Source: Macrostomum lignano
Taxonomy: Eukaryota
Assembly: GCA_002269645.1 (NCBI GenBank)
Contig: NIVC01001620.1
Span: forward strand, 62,001-126,000
DNA: 64,000 bases
Direction of reading: 5' to 3'
The notes below the pieces were generated by a model, which saw only the letters and a program-made list of their open reading frames with translations, was not told where the DNA came from and did no database searches. The position numbers and the translations under genes were made by a program. Positions 34,374 through 45,342 of this stretch are shown here, in pieces. Position 1 is the first letter of the stretch. Each line of letters opens with the position of its first letter.

Positions 34374-37300
34374 CTATCTGGTCTTCCTCGACTGGATGAC
34401 CTTGGGATGCGACAGCGCCTTGTGGGACTGGATCAGCATGAGCAGAGGAAACACAACCCACAGGAAGTTAAAGAAGAACAGGTGGAACCAAACTTTGAAG
34501 GGGTCGTCAGTCAGGTTCTTGTTGCCGGACAGCCACTCGGGTGCGAAAGTCATCCAGTCTGAAAACGAAGTCGAGAGGTTCTAGTTGACATGAATAGCAA
34601 CACACCTCAGTCAAATTTAGTATACGTGGACTAGCAAATTAGACCCCCGGGGGGACCTAACCTTTCGTCGTGATCTCTTGAAAAACCACTAATATTAAAT
34701 TTGAGAAGTTCCAAATCCTTATAGTTCAGAATTTACCGCTGTCAGCAGAAAAATATCATTTCAAGAGTTTTAAAGTTTTCAGCATTTTTAGAGTCATATA
34801 TACAGTATTCGTATTTTGAAGTGCTAAAAAGGCTGAATTATAGTGGCAATTTTTTAAAGAAAGATCAGAAAAGCGAAAGAAAAGATCAGAAAGCGATATA
34901 TACTAGCTACTTATTAAGTAGTGCCGCCAACTTTGCTAAGATATTTCGGTTCTGTACAAAATCTTGTTACAAGTATTTATGACGAGTTAATCCATTTTTT
35001 AACTTACTCCCGTAGAGCTCGCAGGTGCAGAGTACGACTTGCATAAAGTGCCTATTAGGACTGTGAGTCTTAATGGCCCAGATGATTGCGAAACACAGAC
35101 TGCCGTCTAGTAGCACGGTGACAATCTCCATGGCAACGATGTTTTGCTCAGCCCACAGCCAGCGGACATCGGCGGCACCGTACTCCTTCCCTGGGGACGG
35201 CGAGGATGCGCTCAGGGGGATCAGTTCAGAATTCAGCGATATAGGTTCAGGGAGAGTGATGGGTTCAGTTATGAGAAGTTAAGTCTGAATGTAATGCATA
35301 AAATTAAAAGGCGTTAAGAAGGCGTATTTTAATGAAGAATAAATTGACTTAGATCAATCATCCGCTTCATCATTGCTTACAAACGTGAGCCAGAGGTCCA
35401 GTAGCATTCTCCACCGTTGTAGTCAAAGAATAGTACACAAACCGACCCTCCTGCATAAATTAGATTGTTGAATACTAAATTAAGCGTTTAACTTTCCATA
35501 TTTAAAAAAACTGCTTTTAACAGTGTGTAACAATTTCCTAAACAATATTTTCACTAGGCCGAAATTTCACTTTGCCGAAAGCATCTTCCTTCATAAGGCC
35601 GAAACTTCATTAGGCTGAAACTTCACTTTGCCGAAAAATCATTTAGCATAGTCTTTCTCTAGGCCGAAACTTCACTAGGCCGAAACTTCACTAGGCCGAA
35701 ACTTCACTTTGCCGAAATGACTAGCATGCTCTTTCAAAAGGCCGAAACTTCACTAGGCCGAAACTTCGCTTTGCCGAAAAATCATTTTAGCAGCCTCTTT
35801 CACTAGGCCGAAACTTCACTAGGCCGAAACTTCACTAGGCCGAAACTTCACTAGGCCGAAACTTCACTAGGCCGAAACTTCACTAGGCCGAAAATTCACT
35901 AGGCCGAAACTTCACTAGGCCGAAATGACTAGCACGCTCTTTCATAAGGCCGAAACTTCACTAGGCCGAAATGACTAGCACGCTCTTTCATAAGGACGAA
36001 ACTTCACTAGGCCGAAACTTCACTTTGCCGAAATGACTAGCACGCTCTTTCATAAGGCCGAAACTTCACTAGGCCGAAATGACTAGCACGCTCTTTCATA
36101 AGGACGAAACTTCACTAGGCCGAAATGACTAGCACGCTCTTTCATAAGGACGAAACTTCACTAGGCCGAAATGACTATAGCACGCTCTTTCATAAGGACG
36201 AAACTTCACTAGGCCGAAATGACTAGCACGCTCTTTCATAAGGACGAAACTTCACTAGGCCGAAATGACTATAGCACGCTCTTTCATAAGGACGAAACTT
36301 CACTAGGCCGAAATGACTAGCACGCTCTTTCATAAGGACGAAACTTCACTAGGCCGAAATGACTAGCACGCTCTTTCATAAGGACGAAACTTCACTAGGC
36401 CGAAATGACTATAGCACGCTCTTTCATAAGGACGAAACTTCACTAGGCCGAAATGACTAGCACGCTCTTTCATAAGGACGAAACTTCACTAGGCCGAAAT
36501 GACTATAGCACGCTCTTTCATAAGGACGAAACTTCACTTTGCCGAAATGACTAGCACGCTCTTTCATAAGGCCGAAACTTCACTAGGCCGAAATGACTAG
36601 CACGCTCTTTCATAAGGACGAAACTTCACTAGGCCGAAATGACTAGCACGCTCTTTCATAAGGACGAAACTTCACTAGGCCGAAATGACTAGCACGCTCT
36701 TTCATAAGGACGAAACTTCACTAGGCCGAAATGACTAGCACGCTCTTTCATAAGGCCGAAACTTCACTAGGCCGAAATGACTAGCACGCTCTTTCATAAG
36801 GACGAAACTTCACTAGGCCGAAATGACTAGCACGCTCTTTCATAAGGACGAAACTTCACTAGGCCGAAATGACTAGCACGCTCTTTCATAAGGACGAAAC
36901 TTCACTAGGCCGAAATGACTAGCACGCTCTTTCATAAGGACGAAACTTCACTAGGCCGAAATGACTAGCACGCTCTTTCATAAGGACGAAACTTCACTAG
37001 GCCGAAAAATCATTTTTGCAGCATCCTTACTAGTTACTATGGTCCAAAGGGGATGTGAACTTAAGCGTCCAAAATGGAACCGCAAGCAGTGACGATTTCT
37101 CTGCACCAGTTTCTTTATTCTGACCTAAGTGTTACTCTGCTACCAAAGTGGGCCAGCACGATATGGTCACTCAGTTTTTTGTATGGAATATTTTTAACAT
37201 TTCTGACTTCATTTGGGGGTTAACTTTGATTGCTTATTATTTTCATTGCATTTTCTGTCTCAGTCGGATGGACTTTTAAGTTGTAGAGTGCTCGTATGCT

Positions 37301-39408
37301 CGCATGGGCTCCTTTGAAAGTATGCAGATTTGCCTGGATTCCGATTCATAGAATATGCATGGCTCTTAGTCTCTAATTCTTTGGCTTCTGTGAAATTCAA
37401 CCCGTATGGTTTTAGTATCAAAAAAGACAATGTACAATATTCTCTCTCCTCTCTTCCCCATTTTTTCTTAAATTGCTCGCTCATACCCTTCAGTCTAGCC
37501 GCTAGCGGGAACGAGCCCTATGCGGGCCTGGTCTGTTGTCTGTTATTGGTCTGTGCAAGGACCCGTAGATCTAGTAGGTTCTAGTTCTAGATCTCTAAGG
37601 ACTGTTTAATGATTAATGATTAATTATAATTATTAATTATTAATCAATAATAATAATAATAATAATCATCATCATCATCATATAATGATAATAATGATTA
37701 ATGATTAAAGATTCAGTTTAATGTTACCATGTTAGTTTCGGCAAAGTGAAGTTTCGGCCTAGTGAAAGAGGCTGCTTTTCGGCGAAGTGAAATTTCGGCC
37801 TAATGAAAGCGCCCCCTAAGAACCACAAGTTTACAAGTTCACGTTCTATAAACACGAGATGGTCCTGGTCCTTTTACAGATGTAGTGGTCCCTGAGCACT
37901 CGTCGGTTTTGATCTTCTAGTGGTGCCTGGGAGGGGCTGGTTGTGGTCCTTCTAGTGGTGCCTGGGAGGGGCTGGTTGTGGTCCGTCTAGTGGTGCCTGG
38001 GAGGGGCTGGTTGTGGTCCTTCTAGTGGTGCCTGGGAGGGGCTGGTTGTGGTCCTTCTAGTGGTGCCTGGGGGGGGGCTGGTTGTGGTCCTTCTAGTGGT
38101 GCCTGGGAGGGGCTGGTTGTGGTCCTTCTAGTGGTGCCTGGGAGGGGCTGGTTGTGGTCCTTCTAGTGGTGCCTGGGAGGGGCTGGTTGTGGTCCTTCTA
38201 GTGGTGCCTGGGAGGGGCTGGTTGTGGTCCTTCTAGTGGTGCCTGGGAGGGGCTGGTTGTGGTCCTTCTAGTGGTGCCTGGGAGGGGCTGGTTGTGGTCC
38301 TTCTAGTGGTGCCTGGGAGGGGCTGGTTGTGGTCCTTCTAGTGGTGCCTGGGAGGGGCTGGTTGTGGTCCTTCTAGTGGTGCCTGGGAGGGGCTGGTTGT
38401 GGTCCTTCTAGTGGTGTCTGGGAGGGGCTGGTTCTGGTCCTTCTAGTGGTGCCTGGGAGAGGTTGGTTGTGGTCTGGTCCTTCTAGTGGTGCCTGGGAGG
38501 GGCTGGTTGTGGTCCTTCTAGTGGTATCTGGGAGGGGCTGGTTCTGGTCCTTCTAGTGGTGCCTAGGAGGAGTTGGTTGTGGTCCTCCTAGTAGTGTCTG
38601 GGAGAGGCTGGTTGTGGTCCTTCTAGTGGTGCCTGGGAGGGGCTGGTTGTGGTCCTTCTAGTGGTGCCTGGGAGAGGTTGGTTGTGGTCTGGTCCTTCTA
38701 GTGGTGCCTGGGAAGTTGGTTGTGGTCCTTTTAGCGGTGCCTGGGAGGGGCTGGTTGTGGTCCTTCTAGTGGTGTCTGGGAGGGGCTGGTTGTGGTCCTT
38801 CTAGTGGTGCCTGGGAGGAGTTGGTTGTGGTCTGGTCCTTCTAGTGGTGCCTGGGAAGTTGGTTGTGGTCCTTTTAGCGGTGCCTGGGAGGGGCTGGTTG
38901 TGGTCCTCCTAGTAGTGTCTGGGAGAGGCTGGTTCTGGTCCTTCTAGTGGTGCCTGGGAGGGGCTGGTTGTGGTCCTTCTAGTGGTGCCTGGGAGGGGCT
39001 GGTTGTGGTGCTTCTAGTGGTGCCTGGGAGAGGTTGGTTGTGGTCTGGTCCTTCTAGTGGTGCCTGGGAAGTTGGTTGTGGTCCTTTTAGCGGTGCCTGG
39101 GAGGGGTTGGTTGTGGTCCTTCTAGTAGTGTCTGGGAGGGGTTGGTTCTGGTCCTTCTACCGGACATTTTGTCGGCGGTTGACCCCGTTTAGACGTCCTT
39201 GGGCAGCCGCTAGCTAGGCAGTAAGAGCAAAACTTACCATAAGGAAGTGTGTGAGGCCGTTGTAGACTAGCCAGAACACCAGCAGGCGCTCGTTAGTTTT
39301 CACTAGCCGGAAAGCTGCTAGACCGGCGATGGCCACGTAGACAACCACCTCGGCCAGGCCCAGGCCAAGCTCGGGCGTCCACTTGATTGAATCCAGCACG
39401 GCTTGCAT
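34374..39408 (-). CDS. ebpl: Emopamil-binding-protein-like (EXPERA domain) membrane protein, about 200 aa. Exons 39238-39408, 35381-35450, 35008-35190, 34374-34558
   Basis: Spliced product ...FWLVYNGLTHFLM|EGRFVY...AHV(W)KEYGAADVRW...MEIVTVLLDGSL...RHFMQVVLCTCELYG(N)WMTFAPEW...FFNFLWVVFP...RKTR matches EBPL motifs (WKEYGKADARW, ELYGCWMTF, PEW); all junctions GT-AG and in phase. Confidence 0.92.
35549..37808. mobile_element. Foldback-like element in EBPL intron 1: long tandem-repeat left arm (35549-37010), short inverted right arm (37735-37808)
   Basis: Reverse complement of 37735-37808 aligns over about 70 bp with TTTCACTAGGCCGAAATTTCACTTTGCCGAAA... at 35549; no target-site duplication seen. 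Confidence 0.6.
37915..39160. repeat. 35-bp minisatellite (GGTCCTTCTAGTGGTGCCTGGGAGGGGCTGGTTGT) in EBPL intron 1
   Basis: Tandem units, homogeneous at left and diverged at right. Confidence 0.97.
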
Positions 39409-39858
39409 GCTTTTATCGTGATTTTAGATTGCTTGATTACTAGTTTGTTTTAGGGGTTGATAAATGGTTTGTTAGCTCCTACAAATAGAGGCTAGTAAAA
39501 AATTCTACTTTTTCTAGCCAACCAAGCCCCAAACCTTTAACAGACGGAAATCTAGCCAAGCTGAATTAAACTGAACTTGCTGACTACTGCAAAACTAGTA
39601 GCGAGCGGGGGGGGTAGAGTTCGTTCAGAGCCGACAGCAGCAATGTACACTCCGCGCAGTGGTGCTGAGTGTACATTGGCCCTCCCTCCCCTCTCTGTCC
39701 AACTCCCAGTCCAGGTGTACGAAGATAGCATTGAATAGTAAAAAAGCTGATAACAGCTCAACGCTGCTCAAGCAAGATAGGAACTGCGTTACAAAAACAA
39801 GTTTTACGAGCTACTACTGGAATTTTTTTACTAATATTAGTACAGTACAGCATACATA

Positions 39859-40270
39859 CTAGCAATCTTCGCCCCCCGATGGGGGACATCTGGATAGTCA
39901 GGATAGAATCCTTGTTCTTTACAAATAAAGACTCCAAGAGAAATAACAAATAGACAGCGAAATAAAGCCTTCATGAAAAAGCAACAGACATTTCCTCTAA
40001 AAACAAAACATCCCAAGACAGCAAGCATCCCCAGACAGCATTCAAGCATCGATCCCTAAATAGCAAACATCACCCAGACTGCAAGCATCCCCCAGATAGC
40101 AAGCATCCACCCGATAGCAAGCAACCCCAGATAGCAAGCATCCCCCAGATAGCAAGCATCCCCCCACGCCAAAAAGGTTACACCCCCACCAGTCCATAAA
40201 ATACAAGGACTGAATACATAAACATCCCCAGGTAAAACTTTGGCACCCCCAAAATGAAAATCCTGGATAC
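39859..40270 (-). mobile_element. Second Helitron-like element, related to 5591-6340
   Basis: Minus strand GTCCCCC-ATC-GGGGGGC hairpin, 8 nt, CTAG|T at 39859-39862; internal ATAGCAAGCATCCCCCAG repeats (40010-40175) resemble 6300-6345. Confidence 0.6.
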
Positions 40271-40616
40271 AACACTGTTCGAAGAGACGGTTCTACTAAT
40301 GATAATTAATAAGGATATTTTCGTTCCAGAGTACTGAGTTCAGCCAAAAGCACCAAATTTAGTATATGGTGGGCTAGTAAATTAGACTCCTCCAGCTGGT
40401 GGCAGCTAACCTTTCGTGATCCGTCCACATGCACATACTTAGTCGTTAGTCAGTTGCATGAAGCTTTGGCGCTGCCCATCTTCTAGGTGAGTCATTTTCC
40501 CGGTGATCTTTTCCCGGTGACTTTTTCCCGGTGGACCTTTTCCCGATGACGCTTTACCGATGACGTTTTCCTAGTGGACGTTTTACCGATGACGTTTCTC
40601 TGGTGGACGTCTTACC

Positions 40617-41199
40617 CATAGGCGTAGGAACAGGGGGGGGGGCAGTGGGGCCATGGCCCCCCCACTTTTCAAAATGGGGGGGGGGGCAGTAATGGTATCT
40701 GGCCCCTCCACATTTTAAATGTAAAATGTAGACTTCTTGCTTATTTTTGGTTTTTGCTGCTTTGCATGAATGCATTTTGCTGCAGGGCGACAAAACATAG
40801 CGCCTGTAGCGCCAAAATGAGTGCCTGCAGCGCTAAAATGCGGGCCTGCGGCGCCAAAATGAGTGCCTGCAGCGCTAAAATGCGGGCCTGCGGCGCTAAA
40901 ATGAGTGCCTGCGGCGCTAAAATGAGTGCCTGCGGCGCCAAAATGAGTGCCTGCAGCGCTAAAATGCGGGTCGGCGGCGCTAAAATGAGTGCCTCCGGCG
41001 CTAAAATGAGTGCCTGCGGCACTTTATAAAATGAGTGCTGACAAGATGGATTCTGAAAATAATCGGTACATGATAATGTGCATTTTCCATATAAAAAAAT
41101 CTAACTCGACGGGGGCGTGCGCCCTGTGCGCCCCCCCCCCCTAAATCCGTCACTGAACCTGCCCCCCCCCCCAGTTTTTGAAACGTTCCTACGCCTATG
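40617..41199. mobile_element. 583-bp MITE, 15-bp perfect TIR CATAGGCGTAGGAAC, 8-bp target-site duplication (P or hAT superfamily), internal 21-bp array at 40800-41035
   Basis: TIRs at 40617-40631 and 41185-41199; flanks GTCTTACC / GTTTTTCC each differ by one base from the host unit GTTTTACC. Confidence 0.85.
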
Positions 41200-41370
41200 G
41201 TTTTTCCGATGACGTTTTTCTGGTGGACGCACCGATGAAGTTTTCCTAGTGGACCTTTTCACGGTGACCTTTTACCGGTTATCTTTTCCCGTGAGACCTT
41301 TTCCCAGAGACGTTTTACCGATGACGTTTCCCTGGTGGACGTTTTACCGATGACGTTTCCCTGGTGGACG

Positions 41371-41409
41371 CAAGGACTACTTAAGTATACGTTACTTTAG
41401 TCGTCCTTG
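41371..41409. mobile_element. 39-bp hairpin micro-element with perfect 8-bp target-site duplication
   Basis: CAAGGACTACTTAAGTA-TACGT-TACTTTAGTCGTCCTTG flanked by GGTGGACG on both sides. Confidence 0.8.
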
Positions 41410-41521
41410 GGTGGACGTTCTACCGATGAAGTTGTACCGATGACGTTTTATCGGTCAGGTTTGCCTGACAACATTTGCTTTGGTGATGAAAATACTTAGG
41501 ACTGCGTCCTAATAATAACGG

Positions 41522-41567
41522 CAAGGACTACTTAAGTAGTATATATACGTTACTTTAGTCGTCCTTG
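41522..41567. mobile_element. 46-bp second copy of the hairpin micro-element
   Basis: Same 17-bp arms, 12-nt spacer, flanks AATAACGG / AATAACTG (7 of 8). Confidence 0.78.
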
Positions 41568-42710
41568 AATAACTGCAGCAAATGTAATAACGGAATATAA
41601 TAATAAAAAGTCAATAGAAAAAATTATTAAGAACACTATCATTCTACTAATAGTAACACGTACGGTGAGAGCCCAATGTGTAGTTGTTATTGTAGACATA
41701 TGATAGTAAAAAGCACGTTTTCATCACAAAGCTTACTAAAAACAGTTAGCCAGAGACAGCTGTTAATACGAGCTAGCCTGACGACTATTTAAAAGCTCAG
41801 GGACTTTCGTGCAGGTATCAGTGAAACTACGAATAGGTTAATCGTCCCAGGGAAAACGTCACTGTGAAAACGTCACCGTGAAAATGTCACCGGAAAAAAG
41901 TTAACGGAGCGGGCAAGAATTACAGACCCACCGAAAATCAAGGCCGCAGTCAACCCACAGCCAACGAGGAGGCAAACAATATCCTCATTCCGCTGATCCC
42001 TGAGCACGCGCACGGATAAGTACACATCCAATGAGTGCACAGCGGCCCCGACTTTCGCGTCTGTGCCTTGGTGGTTGACTCGGGTGAGCGTGAATTGCAA
42101 GACAAGCCGCCCCCAGGCCAGTTTGCTGTGCACGAGTTAAGTATTAAATGTGGCCATGGGCGAGACGTGTGGGTTACTCTCAGCTAGCCCTCCCGCATAT
42201 TTCCTAACGGCATTGTTGCTGTACCGGCGTAGAACACAAAGTTTATCCAGCTGGTTCAAATATGGCTAGCACTTTTTGGGAGATGTAGGAGCAACAAAAG
42301 GCAAAGAATTATATAAACTCTGGAAACTGTTGTTCCCCGTATGATTCAGTGTGGTATCTTCGTTTCCTAGAAAAGGAAGTTGATCAATATTAGTGAATTT
42401 TATTTAAACAGTAATTCAACAGTATATTGCACACAGAGCGTGGCTTTTACGTATATCTACAGGAAAAATTGTTAAATGAACCAATACAAGCTGCATGACA
42501 TGCACGTTCAGAACAATACATCCGAAGTTGAAAATTTTAATTGGATAAACCCAGCCAAATAATGCACCGATATGCAATTTGTTTTTTTTGTATGTATCAG
42601 ACTCTGGTAATTAACAACAAATAAACCTTGCTCTGACCTTAAGAGAAATTAATTATCTCGAGTAATATACGAGCTAATATGAATGTAATGTAAATGTAAC
42701 ATGAAAAACT

Positions 42711-43235
42711 TCAAGAAGCCGGTGACCTTAAAAATCCAGCATTTTCAACACCTTTTAGGCCAGTCGACGGCACTTCGAGATGCAGCGACTGCTCTTGACG
42801 AATATCCGGCTCCTCCTGCTTCTGCTGCTGCTGCTGCTGCTGCATGGCGATGCGGCTCATTCGTCGGTGCTGAGCCAGCGCCGCCGCCCTGGCCGTCACG
42901 CTATCCAGCGACACCACCGACGAGTCGTCTTCATCGTTATCATCTTCGTCTTCATCGTCGTCGGCGTTGTCTCCGTAGCTTCTACCTGCAGCTTCCTGTC
43001 CAGAAGCGGCTGGCGGTCCATGAGCTGCCGGAGATCTTCGGCGACGACGTCGCGAGATTGCGATGCAATTGGCGACCGTCACGGCAAGTAGCAGCAGAAC
43101 GATGGTCAGCACGAACATGATCACCGCGACCAGCAGGTTGCCTGATTCGGAGTTGTCCCGACCTTTTGCTTCGTTGCTGCCAGGTGGTTCCGGGTAGGTT
43201 TTGTCGCAGGACAGCCACGACTGGTTGCCACCCAT
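42711..43235 (-). CDS. Small single-pass membrane protein without signal peptide, about 174 aa
   Basis: ATG at 43235; one hydrophobic helix LLVAVIMFVLTIVLLLLAVTVANCIAI followed by RRRRRR, an acidic tract, poly-Q and GVENAGF near the C-terminus. Confidence 0.7.
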   Translation of the reverse strand: MGGNQSWLSCDKTYPEPPGSNEAKGRDNSESGNLLVAVIMFVLTIVLLLLAVTVANCIAISRRRRRRSPAAHGPPAASGQEAAGRSYGDNADDDEDEDDNDEDDSSVVSLDSVTARAAALAQHRRMSRIAMQQQQQQQKQEEPDIRQEQSLHLEVPSTGLKGVENAGFLRSPAS

Positions 43236-44169
43236 TGTTGGCAGATTGAGCAATCTAGCTTCAGATCTTGATTGCGGGTTTGAAAAGACGCTCCGTTGGA
43301 GTTTGAAAACCCCTTGCTCGTAGATCTGTGGTTTGAGTTGCGAGTGCCAAGATGCGTGAGTTGATTGGTTGCGTCAGTGTTAGGTTTTGCCTGCTTGATT
43401 CTACACGTATTCGACACCTTCCTGGACGAACCATTCATTCATTGACGCATTGACATATAAAGGCCTATCTATCTGGCGTTAAATGCCCGTTTAGGTCTAA
43501 TTTTTCCCTAGCTGGTTCTTATTGCAATCAATTTCAGGATAGCCGTCTACTTGACGGGTTTCTGGTTAAATTTGATTGCAGGATGGCTGTCTACCTGAAA
43601 GGCTTCTGGTTAAATTTGATGCAGGATGGCTGTCCAACAGGTCTCAGCAGGTTTACGAATGTCGAGCTGCTTATTATAAGGTTTATCTGATTTCTTCACA
43701 GACAGCTATAATTACCTGTATTAATTATTTGAATGGCCTTACGGAAGCGGTTTCACCTGTACGTACAAGCAGATTTTTTAGTACAGTGTACACAGAATGT
43801 AATTACCGGTAGTTCACTGACTGCCTTTCACTTCGAAACACTCAAATCCGTGTTGTACCGCTTTATCAAAGCCTTTCAGACAACACTCGATCGTCAACGC
43901 AGTTTTGTAGTGGCGATCGATATAGACCAAAACCAATCGATTCCCTGACTCGAGAGCGAGGCCGCGGGATTTGCAATATCGGCCTCCCTTACCTTACCCT
44001 CCACCCACCACCCCGACGTGGTGTCTGTTATCTGGAGCAAACAAATCAAAATCATTCCCAACTCAAAACCACCTGGCAGAGCGCTCAGCGCTGCACGGAT
44101 GCCGCCACCAAAGCTGCTCATGCCTTCCAATTCAATCTATAAAGGCTTTTTTTCTCCGCAACTGTGTCT

Positions 44170-44331
44170 AGCCGGCATGAGCCCCCTCCCCGCCTGTATG
44201 AGCATGCGCTCACAGTGCCTTGGCAGCAGTTCAGGAAGGAAGTGGGCAAATATTGCTCAAGGGAGCAGCAACTCTTGTGGCACAAACTGCTCTATACTTA
44301 CATGCACTGCATTTCATTGGTACGCGGGGCC
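44170..44331 (+). CDS. Possible exon of an unidentified plus-strand gene
   Basis: TAG acceptor and G|GTACGC donor bound an open, protein-like frame RHEPPPRLYEHALTVPWQQFRKEVGKYCSREQQLLWHKLLYTYMHCISL; no domain recognised. Confidence 0.3.
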
Positions 44332-45342
44332 AAGGGCATGAAATTTCCTTAATAAAGTTAACAAAAAAATTAAAATTTTCATACTGCGCGCCAATATTCA
44401 ATATGGTAAACTTTGTTATTGGCTTGTTATGACGGAATTACATAGAGATAATTTCAACTAGTCATTTATTTCTCAATTATGTTTCTGCTCATCTGCTCAA
44501 AAACATAAACTCGACTCCGGATCAAGTGACAGTACGAGCTGGATGCGAGAGCAAAGTGGAACAGCTGAGTAGAGCAGCTGGATGTCGGACAGGAGACACA
44601 GTGAAGCGCTCAAAATACACGAGGGATAAAATCCCCATGCAGGTAGACGAGTACAATAAAAAATGAGTTTCGCGCAACAATAAAACAAAACATCATTTCA
44701 AAAGCTATAAATTTTTTTAAATATAGTGGGCGAATAGGTCGATATAAGTATTTTGTATATACAGGCAATAAATTGGGTGTCTGAATCTTAATTTACCAGA
44801 GTACATAACTTGGAATGTGTTTGCATATCATCATGCCCTAGCTACTAATGCACAGCCAGCCAGTGGTCTGAAAAAATGGTGCAACTGCGGAATGTATATC
44901 ATTAAATTTAGGTGTAAAAAGTAAAAAAACACGATACTTTGCTACTCACAGTAGGTTTAGAGCGACAACGCGTATTACTCACATTTGGTACAAATTAGAT
45001 TTAATGAAGTTCGCTTAAAGTAGTGCGCTTCCACTGGGCTTATTTCAACGGTGAAGTAAAACAGTCTACTGTCTTTAAGTGCAACCTGCACTAATAAATT
45101 ACAGAGAACCAAGTGTCATGAACTTTTCTAAAGCTTTGATTTTAGTCGCCCAATGAACCGACTATTGAAAACGCTAGACACCAATTCGTATATAACTATA
45201 TACTAATAACAGTAGCTAAGTAAATAACTTTATATTCGGCAAAGCATTGGATAAAAGGTCCATCGGATGCGAAGGGTCAGCTGGAAACGCAAACAGACAT
45301 ATGAAGCATCAACATGGATTACAATGTGGTATTACGGGAGGA

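Larger units (their letters stand above)
40495..41897. mobile_element. Foldback-like element with 13-14-bp tandem arms (TTTTCCCGGTGAC / GTTTTACCGATGAC) hosting nested insertions
   Basis: 41850-41897 is an inverted copy of the left-arm motif. Confidence 0.55.

Noticed and set aside
41497-41511. TAGGAC-TGC-GTCCTA palindrome as a third micro-element
   Set aside because: Shares AGGAC/GTCCT with the micro-elements but has no target-site duplication and is short enough to be chance
41873-42133. Minus-strand ORF with an ankyrin-like EDIVCLLVG stretch
   Set aside because: Similarity too short; no consistent splice partners found
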